From Alphaproteobacteria bacterium (GTDB lineage: Bacteria > Pseudomonadota > Alphaproteobacteria > MPNO01): 64,000 nucleotides of DNA. How positions within the stretch are numbered: position 1 is the stretch's first letter; each line of letters begins with the position of its first letter. The translations under genes were made by a program, and so were the position numbers. The stretch is taken from assembly GCA_964291675.2 (NCBI GenBank), contig OZ219866.1, positions 3,008,001 through 3,072,000 on the forward strand, in the 5' to 3' direction. Below are positions 60,915 to 64,000 of this stretch, in pieces. The notes beneath the pieces were generated by a model. That model saw only the letters and a list, made by a program, of their open reading frames with translations, was not told where the DNA came from and searched no databases.

Positions 60915-61396
60915 CCGGGCCCGGCCTTCATCGCGGCCGCCGCGGCCTTCACCGCATCCAGAATGTTGAGATAGCCCGTGCAGCGGCAGAGATTGGAGGC
61001 GAGCGCCTCGCGCAAGCCCTCCTCGTCGATATCGGGCTCGCGCTCCAGCACGCCGACGGCGAGCATCAGGAAGCCAGGCGTGCAGAACCCGCATTGCAGC
61101 GCGTGATGGTCGATGAAGGCCTGTTGCAGGGGGTGCAGCGCCTCGCCCTCCGCGAGCCCCTCGACGGTGCGGATCTCGGCGCCCTCGGCCTGGGCGGCGA
61201 ACATCAGGCAGCTCCTCACCGGCGCGCCGTCGAGCAGGAGCGTGCAGGCGCCGCACACCCCGTGCTCGCAGCCGAGATGGGTGCCGGTCAGCCCGCAATC
61301 CTCGCGGATCGCGTCCGCCAGCGTCTTGCGCGGCTCGACCCGGACGGCGCGGGCTTCGCCGTTGACGGTGAACGAGATTTCGCGCGGCTCGGTCAT
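60911..61396 (-). CDS. 2Fe-2S subunit (CoxS-like)
   Basis: GCEHGVCGAC, QCGFCTPG and NLCRCTGY. Confidence 0.92.
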   Translation of the reverse strand: MTEPREISFTVNGEARAVRVEPRKTLADAIREDCGLTGTHLGCEHGVCGACTLLLDGAPVRSCLMFAAQAEGAEIRTVEGLAEGEALHPLQQAFIDHHALQCGFCTPGFLMLAVGVLEREPDIDEEGLREALASNLCRCTGYLNILDAVKAAAAAMKAGPG

Positions 61397-62250
61397 CCGG
61401 CGGCGTCCGCCAGTGCGCGCTCGACCATGACGCCGGCAAGCTCGCCGCGATATTCGGCGCTCGCATGGACATCGGAGACCGCATCCACCGCATCGGCGAC
61501 GGCGGCACCGGCTTCGCGGAACAGCGCCGGGCCGGGCGCGCGGCCCGCCAGCACGGCTTCGCCTTCCGGGATGCGCCGGGGACAGGCCTCGACCCCGCCG
61601 ACGCCGATTCGCGGCTCGACGATCGCGCCCTCCTCCACCCGGTAGACCGCGAGCGCCATCGCCAGCGCGAAATCGCCGGCGCGGCGGGCGAACTCGCAGA
61701 ACCCCCAGCGCGCATCGGGCGCGAGCCGGGGGAGGTCGGCGCGCAGCAAGAGCTCGTCGTCGGCCAGCGCCGTTACCATCGCCCATTCGAAGAACGACCG
61801 CGCGGCGATCTCGCGCTCGCCCCGCGCGCTGCGCGCGGTCAGCCGGGCATCCAGCGTCGCCGCGACGAGGCACCATTCGGATGCCGGGTCGGCATGGGCG
61901 AGGCTGCCGCAGAATGTGCCCCGCATGCGGATCGGGTAATGGCCGATATGGCGTACCACGGCGGCGAGCAGCGCGCCGAGCGGCCCGTCCTCCACCGGGC
62001 GATGGAAATCGGCGTGGCGCGCCAGCGCGCCGATCCCGAGCGCATCCTCCCCGACGGCGACGCTGCCGAGGCCGGAGACCCGGTTGATGTCGATCAGGTG
62101 GGCCGGCCGGGCGAGGCGGAACGCCATCGTCGGCACCAGGCTCTGCCCGCCGGCGAGAATCCGCGCGTCTTCGCTCGCATGGGCGGCGAGCAGGGATGCG
62201 GCCTCGTCAACCGTCCCCGGCAGGTGATGGGTGAACGGGGCCGGTTTCAT
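61393..62250 (-). CDS. FAD-binding subunit (CoxM-like)
   Basis: MKPAPF, LAGGQSL and GSLAHADP. Confidence 0.9.
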   Translation of the reverse strand: MKPAPFTHHLPGTVDEAASLLAAHASEDARILAGGQSLVPTMAFRLARPAHLIDINRVSGLGSVAVGEDALGIGALARHADFHRPVEDGPLGALLAAVVRHIGHYPIRMRGTFCGSLAHADPASEWCLVAATLDARLTARSARGEREIAARSFFEWAMVTALADDELLLRADLPRLAPDARWGFCEFARRAGDFALAMALAVYRVEEGAIVEPRIGVGGVEACPRRIPEGEAVLAGRAPGPALFREAGAAVADAVDAVSDVHASAEYRGELAGVMVERALADAAG

Positions 62251-62365
62251 CGGGCTTCCGGCATCTCGAAATTCGCCGCCACAGGTCCGGCGACCCTTAC
62301 AGCCGGCGAACCGGGGCCGTCAAGCGGCGCGGGGTCATCGGGACCGGCGGTGCGGATGGCGAATT

Positions 62366-62439
62366 TGGCTGGGGGACCTGGATTCGAACCAGGACTGCTC
62401 GGGTCAGAGCCGAGAGTTCTACCGTTAAACTATCCCCCA
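62366..62439 (-). tRNA. tRNA-Gln(CTG)
   Basis: TGGGGGATAGTTTAACGGTAGAA CTCTCGG CT-CTG-AC CCGAG...GGTTCGAATCC...CCCCCAGCCA, 74 nt with encoded CCA. Confidence 0.93.
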
Positions 62440-62559
62440 GCATGTCGGGGCGGGCAGAGAATAGCGCTATTCGAGGGACGATCAAGTTCGCGCTCCGGCG
62501 GCCGGGATTTGTGACATCGGAGCCAGGCGGTAAAATTCGCCGGGAGGGGCTCAGGGACG

Positions 62560-63612
62560 ATGGACGTGGCGTACGGGTCGAAACAGGGATTTAGGAGTTC
62601 CCGGTCGGGGACGGGGCGGCGCCGGCGCGGCGGCGGGCGCAAGATCGCCGCGCTCGACCTCGGCACCAACAATTGCCGGCTCTTGATCGCCCGCCCCACG
62701 CCGGACGGATTCGCCGTGATCGACGGGTTCTCGCGCATCGTGCGGCTCGGCCAGGGGCTGGAGGCGACCGGCGTGCTCGGCGAGACCGCGATGCGGCGCA
62801 CCGTCGACGCGCTCGCCGTCTGCGCCGCGAAGATCCGCCGCCACCGGGTCGCGCGCGCCCGCTACGTGGCCACCGAGGCGGCGCGCCGGGCGGCCAATTG
62901 CTCCGGCTTCCTCGACCGCGTGGCCGCCGAGACCGGGATCGAGCTCGACATCATCTCGTCGCGCGAGGAGGCGACGCTCACCCTGATGGGCTGCCTGCCG
63001 CTGTTCGACCCCGAGCTTCCCTACGGGCTGATCTTCGATGTCGGCGGCGGCAGCGCCGAGCTCGTCTGGCTCAGGGTTTCCGGCCGGGACGGGCCCGACA
63101 TAATCGGCTGGATCTCGCTCCCGCTCGGCGTGGTCACGGTGACCGAGCGCCACGGACCCGAGGACTTCACGGTCGAGGAATACGAGGCGATCGTGGCCGA
63201 GGTCGAAGCCATGCTCGCGCCGTTCGACGCCGAGCACGGCATCCGGCGGGAGATCGAGCGGGGCCGCATGCAGATGCTGGGGACCGCCGGAACGGTGACC
63301 ACCATCGCCGGGGTCAATCTCGGCCTCAGGCGCTACAACCGCGCTCTCGTCGACGGCTCCTACCTCACCTTCGACCAGATCAGCAGGATCAGCCGCCAGC
63401 TGTCCCGCTCGACCTATGCGGAACGCGCCGCCCACCCCTCGATCGGCCGCGGCCGGGCCGACCTCGTGGTCGCCGGCTGCGCGATCCTGGAGGCGGTCTG
63501 CCGCACCTGGCCGGCGGGGCGGCTCCGGGTCGCCGACCGCGGCGTGCGCGAGGGCATCCTGCTCCAGCTCGCCGCCGAGTTCGGCGCAGGCCCAGCGCAT
63601 GGCCGGGCGTGA
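62560..63612 (+). CDS. ppx: Ppx/GppA exopolyphosphatase
   Basis: [19 protein letters not shown] and GVREG. Confidence 0.88.
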   Translation: MDVAYGSKQGFRSSRSGTGRRRRGGGRKIAALDLGTNNCRLLIARPTPDGFAVIDGFSRIVRLGQGLEATGVLGETAMRRTVDALAVCAAKIRRHRVARARYVATEAARRAANCSGFLDRVAAETGIELDIISSREEATLTLMGCLPLFDPELPYGLIFDVGGGSAELVWLRVSGRDGPDIIGWISLPLGVVTVTERHGPEDFTVEEYEAIVAEVEAMLAPFDAEHGIRREIERGRMQMLGTAGTVTTIAGVNLGLRRYNRALVDGSYLTFDQISRISRQLSRSTYAERAAHPSIGRGRADLVVAGCAILEAVCRTWPAGRLRVADRGVREGILLQLAAEFGAGPAHGRA

Positions 63613-64000
63613 CCGCAAGCCTGGGCGCGGCGCGGGGAGCGGGAGCGTCGGCAGGCGGGGCGCCACCGTCCGGGTCAGGACCGCCAAGGGGCGCAAGCCC
63701 TCATCGACGCGCTGGCTGCAACGCCAGCTCAACGACCCCTATGTCGCCGCCGCGGCGAAGCACGGCTACCGGTCGCGCGCCGCCTGGAAGCTGATCGAGA
63801 TCGACGACAGGTTCGACCTGCTCGGGCGCGGCGCCGTGGTGCTCGATCTCGGCGCCGCGCCGGGCGGCTGGACCCAGGTCGCCGTCGAGCGTGCGCCGGG
63901 CGGGCGAATCGTCGCCGTCGACCGCGCCGGGATGGAGCCGGTCGCTGGCGCCGAGGCGCGCCTGCTCGACCTCGACGACGGGGCGGCGGCCGAGGCGCTG
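63599..64000 (+). CDS. rlmE: 23S rRNA methyltransferase RlmE (partial)
   Basis: [35 protein letters not shown]; runs off the window. Confidence 0.9.
   Translation, partial: MAGRDRKPGRGAGSGSVGRRGATVRVRTAKGRKPSSTRWLQRQLNDPYVAAAAKHGYRSRAAWKLIEIDDRFDLLGRGAVVLDLGAAPGGWTQVAVERAPGGRIVAVDRAGMEPVAGAEARLLDLDDGAAAEAL

Noticed and set aside
55087-62250. Aerobic CO dehydrogenase (coxLMS)
   Set aside because: The active-site loops read VYRGVAR and TYRSPGR rather than AYxCSFR, so the substrate is unknown.
62366-62439. tRNA-Gln as the island attachment site
   Set aside because: I saw no duplicated tRNA 3' end in the window, and the island ends are explained by the vapC repeats.

Overview
High-GC (alphaproteobacterial-looking) chromosomal window with four parts. 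(1) 1-14.6 kb: a compact phage-like cluster. It reads CI-like repressor / hypothetical / Q-like regulator, then terS-terL-portal-holin-scaffold-major capsid-decoration, and runs off the left edge. It has no integrase or replication genes on the side that is visible and it contains many host REP-like palindromes. Between the Q-like gene and terS is a five-copy array of a sigma70 promoter plus intrinsic terminator unit (pR'/tR'-like), and three of the four intervals carry different toxin-antitoxin-like or accessory gene sets. (2) 15-32 kb: host metabolic genes (amidase, choline ABC transporter and betA, UbiD-family enzyme, CoA ligase, htpX), an ATPase+DUF4276 pair, and five small paralogous membrane/coiled-coil genes. 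(3) 32.86-54.73 kb: a decayed ICE-like defence island (broken tyrosine integrase, Xis, SIR2-HerA interrupted by IS256, AbiJ/HEPN/NDT-like genes, F-type tra remnants). It has integrated into the conserved YLLDT motif of a vapC toxin gene, separates the toxin from its antitoxin by about 22 kb, and supplies a replacement in-frame N-terminus. (4) 55-64 kb: xanthine-dehydrogenase-family genes with a second vapC module, tRNA-Gln, ppx and a partial rlmE. All family calls come from motif recognition by eye; no database searches were run.
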